A DNA stretch of 64,000 bases, taken from Malacoraja senta. Its lineage: Eukaryota. This document shows, one piece after another, positions 11,845 to 23,250 of the stretch. The notes under the pieces were generated by a model that saw only the letters and a program-made list of their open reading frames with translations, ran no database searches and was not told where the DNA came from. Numbering within the stretch: position 1 is the first letter of the stretch; each line of letters opens with the position of its first letter. The DNA is taken from positions 1 to 64,000 of the forward strand of contig JAXLNO010000078.1 in assembly GCA_038087875.1 (NCBI GenBank), given 5' to 3'. Made by a program: the position numbers and the translations under genes.

Positions 11845-13115
11845 TCCACGGAGATCCTCTCCGAAGTGAGGTGGTGAAAACGCAATGTCGCAATCGGCGG
11901 GTCGAATTTGCCGCCTGCTGCCGGGAATCTGGAACTCCGGTCCACACAGTTCACGTGGATGCATCCCCATAGCTGACTTCCGCGGCCTAATTTTCGGGCC
12001 TGTGTCTCGGCTCCGCGGCGCATAAGGATCGCCATTCGATCGGCGTGGTAATCCGCGTCGGACAGCGGGGTCGCCGTGCGCTCGCAGCCTATCGCGATTT
12101 AGGCAGATTCCCGGAAGCTGTACACACACGCGTTCGGTCGCCAGTTGACGTGTCGCGAACCGAACAGAGCGCCGCCTACTCTTCGGGTGTCTCCGAACAC
12201 CATGCTGCACCCGCCGAGTACTTCACCGACGCCCCGTGCGGAAAACGCGATGTTGTAATCTGCGGGTCGAATCTGCCTCATACAGTCGGGTCTCAGGAAC
12301 TCCGGCCCGGTCCGGCCCGGCCTGACCGAGTGGATCCATCCCATAGAAGACATCGGAGGCCGAATCTGTGGGCTTGTATCGCGGCTCCGCGGCGGCATCG
12401 GCTGGACGTTCCGGAACGCATCAAATCGTCGCGGCAGTCCGCTGTGGAGATCGAGGTCGCCGGCATCTCACAGCCGACCGCGATTTCAGGAGGTTCCCGG
12501 CAGCGGTACATACACTCGGTCATGTCACCAGTTGATGATTCTCGGCCCGATCGGGCACCACCGACTCTTCTGCTGTTTCCAAACCCCGTACAGCGCCCAC
12601 CGAGCTCCCCGCCGAAACCCCGTGCTGAAAACAGAATGTTGGAACCGGCGGGTCGAATCTGCCGCCTGCAGCCAGGGTTCTAGATCTCCGGCCCGGCCAG
12701 TCCGGCTGCATCCATCCCCATAGCCGACTTCCAAGGCCGAATTTACGGGCCTGTATCGCAGCCGCACGGCGGCTTGGGCTCGCCGTTTCGGTGCTCATCG
12801 AGTCATCGCGGGAGTCCGCGTTGGAGATCCGGGTGGCCGGGTACCCCCGGATTTACCGCTATTTCGGCAGATTTCCCAGCAGCGGTAATCACGCGACTGA
12901 TCACCGGTGGAGGAATCGCCGCACGCTCGAGGGGCAGACGAGTCTTCCTGTGTCTCCGAACATCGTGCTGCATCCGCCGAGCTACCCGCCGAAGCCCCCG
13001 TGCTGAAAACGCAATTTTGCAATCAACGGGACGAATCTGCCGCCTGCATCCAGAACTCTGAAACTCCAGCCCGGCCAGAACGTGTGGATCCATCCCCATA
13101 GAAGACTACCGAGGC
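11845..13115. repeat. CpG-rich ~375-bp tandem repeat, about 3.4 diverged copies
   Basis: GAAAAC..GGGTCGAATCTGCCGCCTGC..ATCCATCCCCATAG block recurs at ~11876, 12242, 12627 and 13005. Confidence 0.85.
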
Positions 13116-16100
13116 AATAGACAATAGACAATAGGTACAGCAGAAGGCCATTCGGCCCTTCGAGTCAGCACCGCCATTCAATATGATCATGGCTGATCAT
13201 CCACAATCAGTGGAGGTAGTGTATCTAGACTTTCAGAAAGCCTTTGATAAGGTCCCGCACGGGAGACTGGTGACTAAAATTAGAGCACATGGTATTGGGG
13301 GTGGGGTGTTGACGTGGATCAAAAATTGGTTGGCAGACAGGAAGCGAAGAGTAGGAGTGAACGGGTCCTTTTCAGAATGGCAGGTAGTGGCGAGTGGAGT
13401 GCCACAAGGCTCGGTGTTGGGGCCGCAACAGTTTACCATATATAGTAATGATTTCGAAGAGGGAATTAGGAGCAAAACTAGCAAGTTTGCGGATGACACA
13501 AAGCTGGGTGGCAGTGCGAGTTGTGAAGAGGATGTTCAGTATAGGAGTAGAGAGGTTCTTCTGCTGTTGTATAGGGCTCTGGTAAGCTCACATCTGGAGT
13601 ATTGCGTACAGTTTTGGTCGCCTAAATTTGAGGAAGGACATCCTTGTGATTGAGGCAGTGCAGCGTAGGTTCATGGGATTGATCCCTGGGATAGCGGGAC
13701 TGTCATATGAGGAAAGATTGAAAAGACTAGGCTTTTATTCACTTGCGTTTAGGAGGATGAGTGGGGATCTTATAGAAATATATACAATTATAAAAGGACT
13801 GAGCAAGCTAGATGCAGGAAAAATGTTCCCAATGTTGGGCGAATCCAGAACCAGGGGCCACAGTCTTAGATCAAAGGGGAGGCCATTTAAGATTGAGGTG
13901 AGAAAAAACGTTTTCACCCAGAGAGTTGTGAATTTGTGGAATTCCCTGCCACAGATGGCAGTGGAGGCCAAATCACTGGATGGATTTAAGAGAGAGGATA
14001 GAGCTCTAGGGGCTAGTGGAATCAAGGGATATGGGGAGAAGGCAGGCACGGGTTATTGATTGGGGACGATCAGCCATGATCGCAACGAATGGCGCTGCTG
14101 GCTCGAAGAGCCGAATGGTCTCCTCCTGCACCTATTTTCTATGTTTCTATGTTTCTAGTACCCCGTTCCTGCTTCCTGTCCATATCCCCTGACTCTGCTA
14201 TCTTTAGAGATCTATCTAATTCTCTCTAGAAAGTATCCGGAGAACCGGCCTCCACCGCATTCTGTGGCAGAGAATTCCACAGACTCAACTCTCTGTGTGA
14301 AAAAGTGTTTCCTCATCTCCGTTCTAAATAGCTTACTACTTATTCTTAAACTGTGGCCTTGGTAATGGACCGCCCGCCCCCCCCCCCCCCCCACCCCCCA
14401 ACATCGGGAAAATTTTCCTGCCTCTAGCGGGTCCAAACCCTTAATAATCAGATAAGATTCAATAAGACCCCCTTAAATCCTTCTAAATTCCATAGTATAC
14501 AAGCCCAGCAGCACCATTTCTCTCAGCATATGACAGTCCCGCTATCTCGGGAATTAACTTTGTGAACCTACGCTGCACTCCCTCACTAGCAAGAATGTCA
14601 TTCTCCAATTTGGAGACCAAAACTGCACACAATACTCCAGGTGTGGTCTCACTAGGGCCCTGTACAACTGCAGAAGGACCTCTTTGCTCCTACACGCAAC
14701 TCCTCTTGTTATGAAGGCCAATATGCCATTCGCTTTCCCCATTGCCTGCTGTACCTGCATGCTTACTTTTATTGAATTATGAACAAGGACCCCCAGAACC
14801 CGTTGTACTACCCATTTTCCCAACTTGAGGGAATTTAGATAATAATCTGCCTACCTGTTGTTGCTTACCAAAGTGGATAACCTCACATTTATCCACATTA
14901 CCCACTCATCCAACCTGTCCAAGTCAGCCTGCATTCTGCAAGCACATTGTCACTTTTCATTTCACTGCACATCTCGTATGCGTATGTGACAAAAATAGAC
15001 TTGACGACGTTACATTCTCATAGCATCCTCCTTACAGTTCCCCTTTTCCAACTTGACACAATTTAGATTCAAAATTCAAGATTCAAGATTCAAGATTTCT
15101 GCCTTCCTGTTTTTGCTACCAAAGTGGATAATCTCACATTTATCCCACATTAAACTTCATCTGCCATGCATCTGCCCACTCACCCAACCTGTCCAAGTCA
15201 CCCTGCATCATCCTCACAGTTCACACTGCCACCCTGCTTTGTGTCATCTGCAAATTTGCTAATGTTACTTGTAACCCCTTCATCTAAATCATTAATGCAT
15301 TTTGTAAATGGTTGTTTCCCAGCACCAAGCCTTGCGGTACCCCCAATAGTCACTGCCTGCCATTCTGAAAAGAGACCCATTAATCCCTACTCTTTGTTTC
15401 CTGTCTGTCAACCAATTTTCTATCCATGTCAGCACTCTACACCCAATACCTTGTGCCCTAATTTTGCCCACTAATTTCCTATGTGGGACTGTATCAAATA
15501 CATTCTGAAAGTCCAGGTACACTACATCCACTGGCTCTTCCTTGTCCATTTCCTAGCTACATCCTCAAAAAACTCCAGAAGAATAGTCAAGCATGATTTC
15601 CCCTTTGTAAATTCGCACTGACTCGGACCTATCCTGTTACTGCTATCCAAATGTGCCGCTATTTAATATTTTATGATTGACTCCAGCATCTTCCATACCA
15701 CCGATGTCAGGCTAACGGGTCTATAATTCCCTGTTTTCTCTCTCCCGCCTTTCTTAAAAAGTGGGATAACATTAGCTTCCCTGATCCTGAATCTATAGAA
15801 CATTGGAAAATGATCACCAATGCGTCCACGGTTTCTAGAGCATTCCCTTAAGTACCCTGGGATGCAGACCATCAGGCCCTTGGGATTTATCAGCCTTCAG
15901 TCCCATCAGTCCCATCAGTCTACCCAACACCATTTCCCGCCTAATGTGGATTTCCTTCAGTTCCGCCGTCACCTCAGATGCCCTGGCCACTAGTACATCA
16001 GGAAGATTGTTTGTGTTCTCATTAGTGAAGACGGATCCAAAGCATCTGTTCAACTCATCTGCCATTTCCTTGTTCCCCATAATACATTCACCCTTTTGAG

Positions 16101-16146
16101 TCTTCAAGGGTCCAAATTTGGTCCTAACTATTTTTTCCTCTTCACA
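13116..16146 (-). mobile_element. CR1 LINE 3' half (host of a nested CR1; cut by a Helitron at 16146)
   Basis: (AATAGAC)n tail at 13116; 3' UTR interrupted at CAGT and resumed at 14157; RT motifs YLDFQ, KFADDTK, YRPVSLTS on the minus strand. Confidence 0.9.
13212..14156 (+). mobile_element. 5'-truncated CR1 nested in the opposite-strand CR1
   Basis: VYLDFQKAFD, GVPQGSVLGP, KFADD ... EKAGTGY*; tail CTATGTTTCTATGTTTCT; AGT on both flanks. Confidence 0.9.
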
Positions 16147-16361
16147 TCTATATAACTAAAAGTCTCATCTTGACCACTTCCTGTCTGCGCTGTATAGTGA
16201 TTTTAGAAAACCGTTACCATATATCGCTATGATTTTTGGTCATCTTACTTACAGTCCTCCTCCGCTGAGACAGCCTCGAGGATTTTTCCGATCGATGAAA
16301 TATAAAAAATCTTGAGATCAGCTGATTGGTCCTCTCGCCTGTCAATCACCATGATGAAGGT

Positions 16362-17207
16362 GTTAAAGAAGGAACTGCAGATGCTGGAAAATCGAAGGTA
16401 CACAAAAATGCTGGAGAAACTCAGCGGGTGCAGCAGCATCTATGGAGCGAAGGAAATAGGTAACGTTTCGGGCCGAAACCCTTCTTCAGACTGATAGGGG
16501 GTGGGGAGAAGAAAGGAAAAAAGGAAAAGGAGGAGGAGGAGCCCGAGGGTTGGGGGAGGGGAGGAGACAACCAGATGGCTGATGAAGGGGAGGGGACAGC
16601 CAGGGCTAGCAGAATTGGAGAATTCAACGTTCAGGCCACCAGGGTGTAGACTGCCCAAGCGGAATATGAGGTGCATTTCCTCCAATTTACGGTGTTGCTC
16701 GCTGTGGCCATGGAGGAGACCCCAGGACAGAGAGGTCAGATACGGAATGGGAGGGGGAGTTGAAGTGCTGAGCCACCGGGAGTTCAGGTTGGTTATTGCG
16801 GTCCGCAATAACCAACCTGAACTCCCGGTGGCTCAGCACTTCAACTCCCCCTCCCATTCCGTATCTGACCTCTCTGTCCTGGGTCTCCTCCATGGCCACA
16901 GCGAGCAACACCGTAAATTGGAGGAAATGCACCTCATATTCCGCTTGGGCAGTCTACACCCTGGTGGCCTGAACGTTGAATTCTCCCAATTCTGCTAGCC
17001 CTGGCTGTCCCCTCCCCTTCATCAGCCATCTGGTTGTCTCCTCCCCTCCCCCAACCCTCGGGCTCCTCCTCCTCCTTTTCCTTTTTCCTTTCTTCTCCCC
17101 ACCCCCTATCAGTCTGAAGAAGGGTTTCGGCCCGAAACGTTACCTATTTCCTTCGCTCCATAGATGCTGCTGCACCCGCTGAGTTTCTCCAGCATTTTTG
17201 TGTACCT
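16362..17207. mobile_element. Penelope-like element terminal fragment arranged as a near-perfect palindrome
   Basis: Arms 16396-16801 and 16803-17207; each encodes the GIY-YIG C-terminus NQPELPVAQHFNSPSHS..RKLEEMHLIFRL; TSD ACCATGATGAAGGT at 16348-16361 and 17208-17221. Confidence 0.9.
17114..17142 (+). ncRNA. Minimal hammerhead-ribozyme-like motif in the Penelope terminus
   Basis: CTGAAGA-AGGGTTTCGGCCC-GAAA-CGTTA: CUGANGA and GAAA boxes around a GGG/CCC stem, followed by palindromic ACGT. Mirror copy on the minus strand at 16461-16489. Confidence 0.65.
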
Positions 17208-17344
17208 ACCATGATGAAGGTAACGTCCCTTCCGGCGGGGAGGGCAGGACTATAAAACCCTGGACGCGAGTCAGTCACTCTGGAAGGTCGCGAGGGAGAG
17301 GCCACAACTGTGATTCTCAGCTGCGAATAAACGGAACTGTGAGT

Positions 17345-17625
17345 GTGCAGCATTTCAAAGCAGTTACCACCACCAACGACCGTTTGCAGTACAGCATTTC
17401 AAAGCAGTTACCTCCACCAACAACCGTTTGCCGTGCAGCATTTCAAAGCACTTACGACCACCAACAACCGTTTGCAGTGCAGCATTTCAAGACACTTACC
17501 ACCAACAACAACCGGGTGCAATGCAGCATTTCAAAGCACTTACCACCACCAACAACCATTTGCAGTGCAGCATTTCAAAGCAGTTGCACCACCAACAACC
17601 ATTTGCAGTGCAGCATTTCAAATCA
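17345..17625. repeat. 44-bp tandem repeat inside Helitron
   Basis: GCAGCATTTCAAAGCAGTTACCACCACCAACAACCGTTTGCAGT about 6 copies; reverse-complement copies at 21123-21273. Confidence 0.9.
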
Positions 17626-17732
17626 ACCACATTTTCATTTTCAAACACATTAAGGGCACTCACAGTTGAGTAGACACGTGTTCAGTGTTATTCACAGCTC
17701 AGAAAGACGTGACCTTCACGCTTCCTCCATAT

Positions 17733-20700
17733 TGTGAGAAAGTGTCTTGTGAGAAACGTGCCTCGTGAGAAAAGTCCCTCGTGAGAAACGTGCCTCGTGA
17801 GAAAGTGCCTGACTTTGGCTCGAGAGTCTTCGGCTGGGAGATTGAGGAGATTACGCCAAAAGTTGGAGAGGACGGGATGCGGTGAACACATGACGGGTAA
17901 GCTGATTCAGTGTGAGGCTTGCAGGATGTGGGAGGTCAGAGACACTGATGGAGCCTCTGTCTGCTACAACTGTAGTAAGTGTGTCCAGGTTCAGCTCCTG
18001 AAGGCCCGCGTTGGGGCACTGGGGAAGCAGCTGGATGACCTCAGGGCCATCCGAGGTAACAGGAGTTTCGTGGATTAGAGATTAGAGATTAGAGATTCCT
18101 TTATTTGTCATTCAGACCTTTCGGTCTGAACGAAATTTCGTTGCCTGCAGTCATACATATAATAATAAATGACAAAACACACAATAAACACAAATTAACA
18201 TCCGCCACAGTGAGTTCACCAGGCACCTCCTCACTGTGATGGAGGCAAAAGTCTTAAAGTCTCTGTCTCTTCCCGCTTTCTTCTCCCTCTGCGCTGAGGC
18301 GATCCAGGCTTCTGATGCTGTGGCCCCGCCGGGCGACGGTAAGCTGTGGCCCCGCCGGGCGACGGTAAGCCAGTCCAGCGGCCGAATCCGTGCTCCGCGA
18401 CGGGCCGGCTCAAACTCCGCGACCCGGGGTGGTCGAAGCTGCCGAAGCTGCCGCCCTCCAGTCCAGCGGACGCAGCTGTAGTTGCGGGAGCCCCAGAAAA
18501 ACAGGTCACCAACCTGTGACCTGCGCGCTCCCGACGATGTCGTCCACCGGGCCCGCGGCCGAGCCTCCGGATTCAGGTCGCCACCAGTGTCCTCGGTCGC
18601 CACCGCCGGAACGCCACCGCAGCCCCGAAGTTGGCCAGCCTCGCGCTGGTAAGTCCTGGCTCTGCCTCCGGAGCCTCGAGGTCGGTCGGTCGCTCGCAGT
18701 TGGAGTTGGAGGCCGGCAGCTCCGCCAGTTTGGCCTCAGCGCAGACGGAGGCAGAGAAGGGGGATACGACAAGAAAAAGTCGCATTCCCCCGAAGGAAGA
18801 GACAAAAGTCATGTTTCACCCCCCACCCACACATATACAACCCAATAAACTAAAATTTAACTGAAACAGGACAAAAGAAAACAACAAAAAAGTAAAAACA
18901 GACGGACTGCAGGCGAGCCGCTGCTGTACGACAGCGCCGCCACTCCCGATAAGATCAACAGTGAGATTGAGAAGCCTAGGCTACAGGAAGAGCGAAGGTG
19001 GGTGACTGTGAGAACGAAGAGTAAGCGTAGAGTGCAGGAGACCCCGGTGGCTGTGTGAATGATAACCTAATGGAAACAGGCACACCCTCTTGGGAACTGT
19101 CGGGCGGACGTCGCTTCCAGTCCGACAGGTAGACAGGTCGGTGGCTCTAACCCAGGCGATGAGATTCGACCGGCGAGACCGACGTCGGGCAGACCTGTAG
19201 TGGTGGGTGACTCCATTGTCCGAGGTACGGACTAGAGATTCTGTTGCGGCAGCCCAGGCTGGAGGATGGGCTGTTGCCTCCATGCTGACAGGGTTAGAAG
19301 GATCACAGACCGACTTCAGAACATCCTCGAGAGGGAAGGTGAACAACTGGCAGCAGTTGTGCACGTGGGCACAAACGACATCGTGAGGAAGAGGCAGGAG
19401 TTTCTGCAACGCAAGTTTAGATAGTTAGTAAGAAGATTGAAAAGCAGGACTTCTGGGGTGGTTATCTCTGGATTGCTTCCAGTACCTCGTGCTAGTGAGG
19501 GCAGGAACAGGGAGATAGGGGACCTGAATGAGTGGCTGGTAGATTGGTGCAGGGAGCAACGATAATGCTTTGTAGACCACTGGGATCTCTTCTGTGGTAG
19601 TGGTGACCATTAGAATAGGGACGGGTTACACCTTAACTGGAGGGGGACCAACGTTGTGACAGGCAGGTTTGCTAGTGCTACACGTGTGGGTTTAAACTAA
19701 ATAGTGGGGGGGACTGACAAATTGGGAGTATAAAGATGGAGTTCAAGGGAAAGCGAGCACAGGAAAAGTTACAAAAGACTCCAGAAGTAATGGGAAGGAA
19801 AGTTCGAGACGGATTAAGGTCAGGGCCAATATTGACCGGTGTGAAAGGGGAGGTAAATACTGAAGTCAAAGTGTTGTTTATGAGTGCGCGAAGTATTTGA
19901 AATAAAGTGGATGAGCTTGAGGCTCAGTTAGAAATTAGCAAGTATGATATTGTGGGAATGGTTGCAAGAGGACCAGGGCTGGGAACTGAATATTCAAGGA
20001 TAGACGTCCTATCGAATAGACAGACAGGTGGGCAGAGGGGGTGGGGTAACTCTCTTGGTGAGGAATGACATTCAGTCCCTTGAGAGGGGTGACATGAAAT
20101 CAGAAGATACAGAGTCAGTATGGATAGAACTGAGGAATTGGAAGTGTAAAAATACCCTAATGGGAAATATCTACTGACCCCCAAACAATAGCCTGGATAT
20201 AGGGTGCAAATTGAATCAAGCGTTAAAATTAGCATTTCGTAAAGATAATACTACGGTTGTTATGAGAATTCAACATGCAGGTAGACTGGATAAATGAGAT
20301 TGGTACTGGACCCAAGAAAGGGAGTTTGTGGAGTGCCTCCGTGATGGATTCTTAGAGCAGCTTGTACTGGAGCCTATCAGGGAGAAGGCAATTCTGGATT
20401 TAGTGTTGTGTAATGAACCGGATTTGATAAAGGAACTTGAGGTTAAGGAGCCATTAGGAGGAAATGACCATAATATGATAAATTTTAATCTACAATTTGA
20501 GAGGGAGAAGGGTAAATCGAAGGTGTCAGTATGTCAGTTGAACAAAGGGGACCATGGAGCCATGAGGGAGGAGCTGGCAAAAGTTGACTGGATAGATACC
20601 CTAGCTGGGATGACAGTGGGGCAACAATGGCAGGTATTTCTGGGAATAATACAGAAGGTGCAGGATCAGTTCATTCCAAAGAGGAAGAAAGATTTCAGGT

Positions 20701-20921
20701 GCAGCATGGGGCGACCGTGGCTGAGAAGGGAAGTCAGGGACAGTATAAAAATGAAAGCGAAGAAGTACAGCATAGCAAAGATGAGCGGGAAGGCAGAGGA
20801 TTGGGTAACTTTTCAAGAGCAACAGAAGAAAAATAAAAAAAGGCAATACGGGGAGAAAACATGAGGTACGAAGGTAAGCTAGCCAAGAATATAAAGGAGG
20901 ATAGTAAATTTTGTTTAGGTA
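17733..20921 (+). mobile_element. CR1 LINE 5' half (5' UTR, ORF1 zinc finger/esterase, ORF2 endonuclease), decayed
   Basis: 16-bp GTGAGAAACGTGCCTC repeats; MTGKLIQCEACRMWEV..CSKC..LGKQLDDL; GDS, HVGTND, DGLHLN; EN motifs ILDLVLCN, NDHN; ends TTTAGGTA. Confidence 0.9.
18073..18948 (-). mobile_element. GC-rich non-autonomous retroelement with LINE-like tail, inserted in CR1 ORF1
   Basis: (TTAGAGA)n tail followed by TTTATTTGTCA and CACAGTGAGTTCAC..CACTGTGATGGAGGCA; related to 28501-29178; CR1 ORF1 resumes after it. Confidence 0.6.
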
Positions 20922-21275
20922 CAAGACTAAATGGGACCCGTTGGGCCTGTGGGGGTGGGTTTCTGGAGCGCTAGTATGGGTGTTGTGGTCCGAATGAACT
21001 GGTTTCCAGGGCTAGTATGGACATTGTCTGCCGAATAAATTATTAGGCTGGCAGCTCAATCACTCAGGCCTGGTGTGTTGGCAGCGCAGTCACTCAGGCC
21101 TGGTGGGCTGGCAGCTCCGTCCCGGTTGTTGTTGGTGGTAACTGCTTTGAAATGCTGCACTGCAAACGGTTGTTGGTGGTGGTAACTGCTTTGAAATGCT
21201 GCACTGCAAACGGTTGTTGGTGGTGGTAACTGCTTTGAAATGCTGCACTGCAAACGGTTATTGGTTGTGGTAACC
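20922..21275 (-). mobile_element. Helitron 3' portion (inverted partner of 16147-17650)
   Basis: Minus strand ends GGCCCAACGGGTCCCATTTAGTCTTG|T (hairpin plus a CTAG variant) and carries the same 44-bp repeat as 17345-17625. Confidence 0.75.
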
Positions 21276-21278
21276 GGT

Positions 21279-22457
21279 TAACTTCCTGTTTGCACTGTAT
21301 ATTGATTTTGGATAAAACGCTACCACTTACGGCTGTGATTTTTGGCCACCTTACTCAGTCCCCCTCCGCTCATCACGTGCAGAGGATTCTTTCCATCAAT
21401 GAAAAATAAAAGTGTTATAAGTGTTTAAAAAATTGTTGAGAATCTCTCTCCTGTCAATCACGCCATGAAAGCCACGCCCCTTCCGGTGGGAGGGGGAGGG
21501 ATTATAAAACCCGGAAGTGTGGGTGTGGCTCAGTCTCTGCAAGATGGGGAGGAGAGGTCACGACTCTATCTGAGCTGTTAATCAACTGAACACATTGAAT
21601 GTCTACTGAACTGTGAGTGTGGTGTTTATGTGGTGTTTTGTGTGGTTTTATGGTGGTTTTATGGTGTTTCACCCTGCTTGAAATGGTATGAAACTGCATT
21701 TGAATGTGGTGGCCTTGCACCTTGCATGAAATGGTACGAAACTGCATTTGAATTTGGTTGTCTTGCACCATGCATGAAATGGTGTGAAACTGGACTTGAA
21801 TTTGGTGGCCTTGCACCCTGCTTGAAATGGTATGAAATTGCACTTCAATTTGGTTGTCTTGCACCCTGCGTGAAGTGGTATGAAATGCACTTGAATTTGG
21901 TGGCCTTGCACCCTGCTTGAAATGGCATTAAACGGCACTAGCATTTGGTGGCCTTGCACCCTGCTTGAAGTGGCATGAAACTGCACTTGAGTTTGGTGGC
22001 CCTGCACCCTGCTTGATGTGGTAGGAAACTGTACTTGAGTTTGGTGGCCGTGCACCCTGCTTGAAGTGGTATGAAACTGCACTTGAATTCGGTGGCCTTG
22101 CACCCTGCTTGAAGCGGTTGGAAACTGCACTTGAATTCGGTGGCCTCGCACCTTGCTTGAAGTGGTAGGAAACTGCACTTGAATTCGGTGGCCTTGCATC
22201 CTGCTTGAAGTGGTAGGAAACTGCACCTGAATTTGGTGGCCTTGCACCCTGCTTGATGTGGTATGAAACTGCAATTGAATTTGGTGGCCTTGCACCCTGC
22301 TTGAAATGGTAGGAAACTGCATTTGAATTTGGTGGGCTTGCACCCTGCTTGAAATGGAATTTCAAGGAATAGCCGTGAGTCAACTGCTCGCCCACCAACC
22401 GTGAGTGAGCTGCCCTCGCGTGTGAACATGGGACCCAACGGGTCCCACTTAGTCTAG
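21279..22457 (+). mobile_element. Non-autonomous Helitron lacking its first ~30 nt
   Basis: 5' block homologous to 16177-16350; 3' hairpin GGGACCC-AAC-GGGTCCC at 22430-22446, then CTAG at 22454-22457 followed by host T. Confidence 0.85.
21670..22355. repeat. 48-bp tandem repeat inside Helitron (about 14 copies)
   Basis: CCCTGCTTGAAATGGTATGAAACTGCACTTGAATTTGGTGGCCTTGCA units; 16-aa periodicity in the overlapping ORFs. Confidence 0.92.
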
Positions 22458-22459
22458 TA

Positions 22460-23250
22460 TTGTTATATATGTCCGCCACGGATGAAAAAGAGATACACTT
22501 TCCAGATGTTGGATGTGTACACGTGTGCCCATGCAATTAAGAGGAGATATTTCCCTTAAGATTACCGCTTTGAACGTTTCGGAAATGGCCGATTGGTACA
22601 TGCCCCAGAACCATTACCACCGTCCGGTCTGCTTGTATGTCTACCATAAGAACCCTTGCACATACAAGCCCAAATACAACCGTTCCTACTGTTCCTCTTT
22701 CTGGGCCATTCTGGGCCCTTCAGTGAAAGAAGGCAAGAAGGGGAATTTGCCATGTCAGGCAATATAGCGGGGCCCGAAAGTACGGAACGCTTTGTGCAGT
22801 CGAAATCTCAATGTCTTTGACAGTACACGTGTGGGCTTCAGTCACATTACGGCTCGAAACCGTTCAACTGGATACCCTTTTCTGGACAACTGTTTTCCCC
22901 TTTTGGTAGAATCCTTTAGTGCTTGCAATAGTACCTATTTTGTCTACGTTCCCTGTTTGCCCCAGGATAGTTGAGGCTCATATTATTTCCCTCATTTTGT
23001 TTATATTATTCGGCACTATATGTCCTTATCCCAAATGTACTCTCAGTCAATATGGAAAGGTTCTTTGCTCTTGCATTTCCTTGCCAGGGCATGGTAAAGG
23101 GTGAGAGAGAGAGTGCATCAATATAGCCTCTGCGTGAGTAAAGGTTGCTAATTTCCCTGCCTTGGAAGAAATTACGGCGGAGGAGGTGGTCATCCGGACA
23201 ATTGCTCAGCGAAACAGAATGGATTTGTATATCCTCCCAGCAGAAAACGT
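22460..23250 (+). mobile_element. env: Second, older ERV env remnant
   Basis: RCWMCTRVP..GDISLKITALNVSEMADW parallels CWVCTRIQ..GDIPLWAPHLNHSEQLSAW at ~8223; later MERFFALAFP fusion peptide and ALEEITAEEVVIRTIAQRNRMDLYILPAE (decayed ISD). Multiple frameshifts. Confidence 0.75.

Larger units (their letters stand above)
16147..17650 (+). mobile_element. Non-autonomous Helitron, 5' portion
   Basis: Host A|TCTATATAACTAAAAGTCTCATCTTGACC start, homologous to minus-strand starts at 28495 and 48805; contains the Penelope palindrome and a 44-bp repeat. Confidence 0.8.

Noticed and set aside
21669..22536. 200+ aa repeat ORFs
   Set aside because: Result of a 48-bp unit that is a multiple of 3; lies within Helitron termini.
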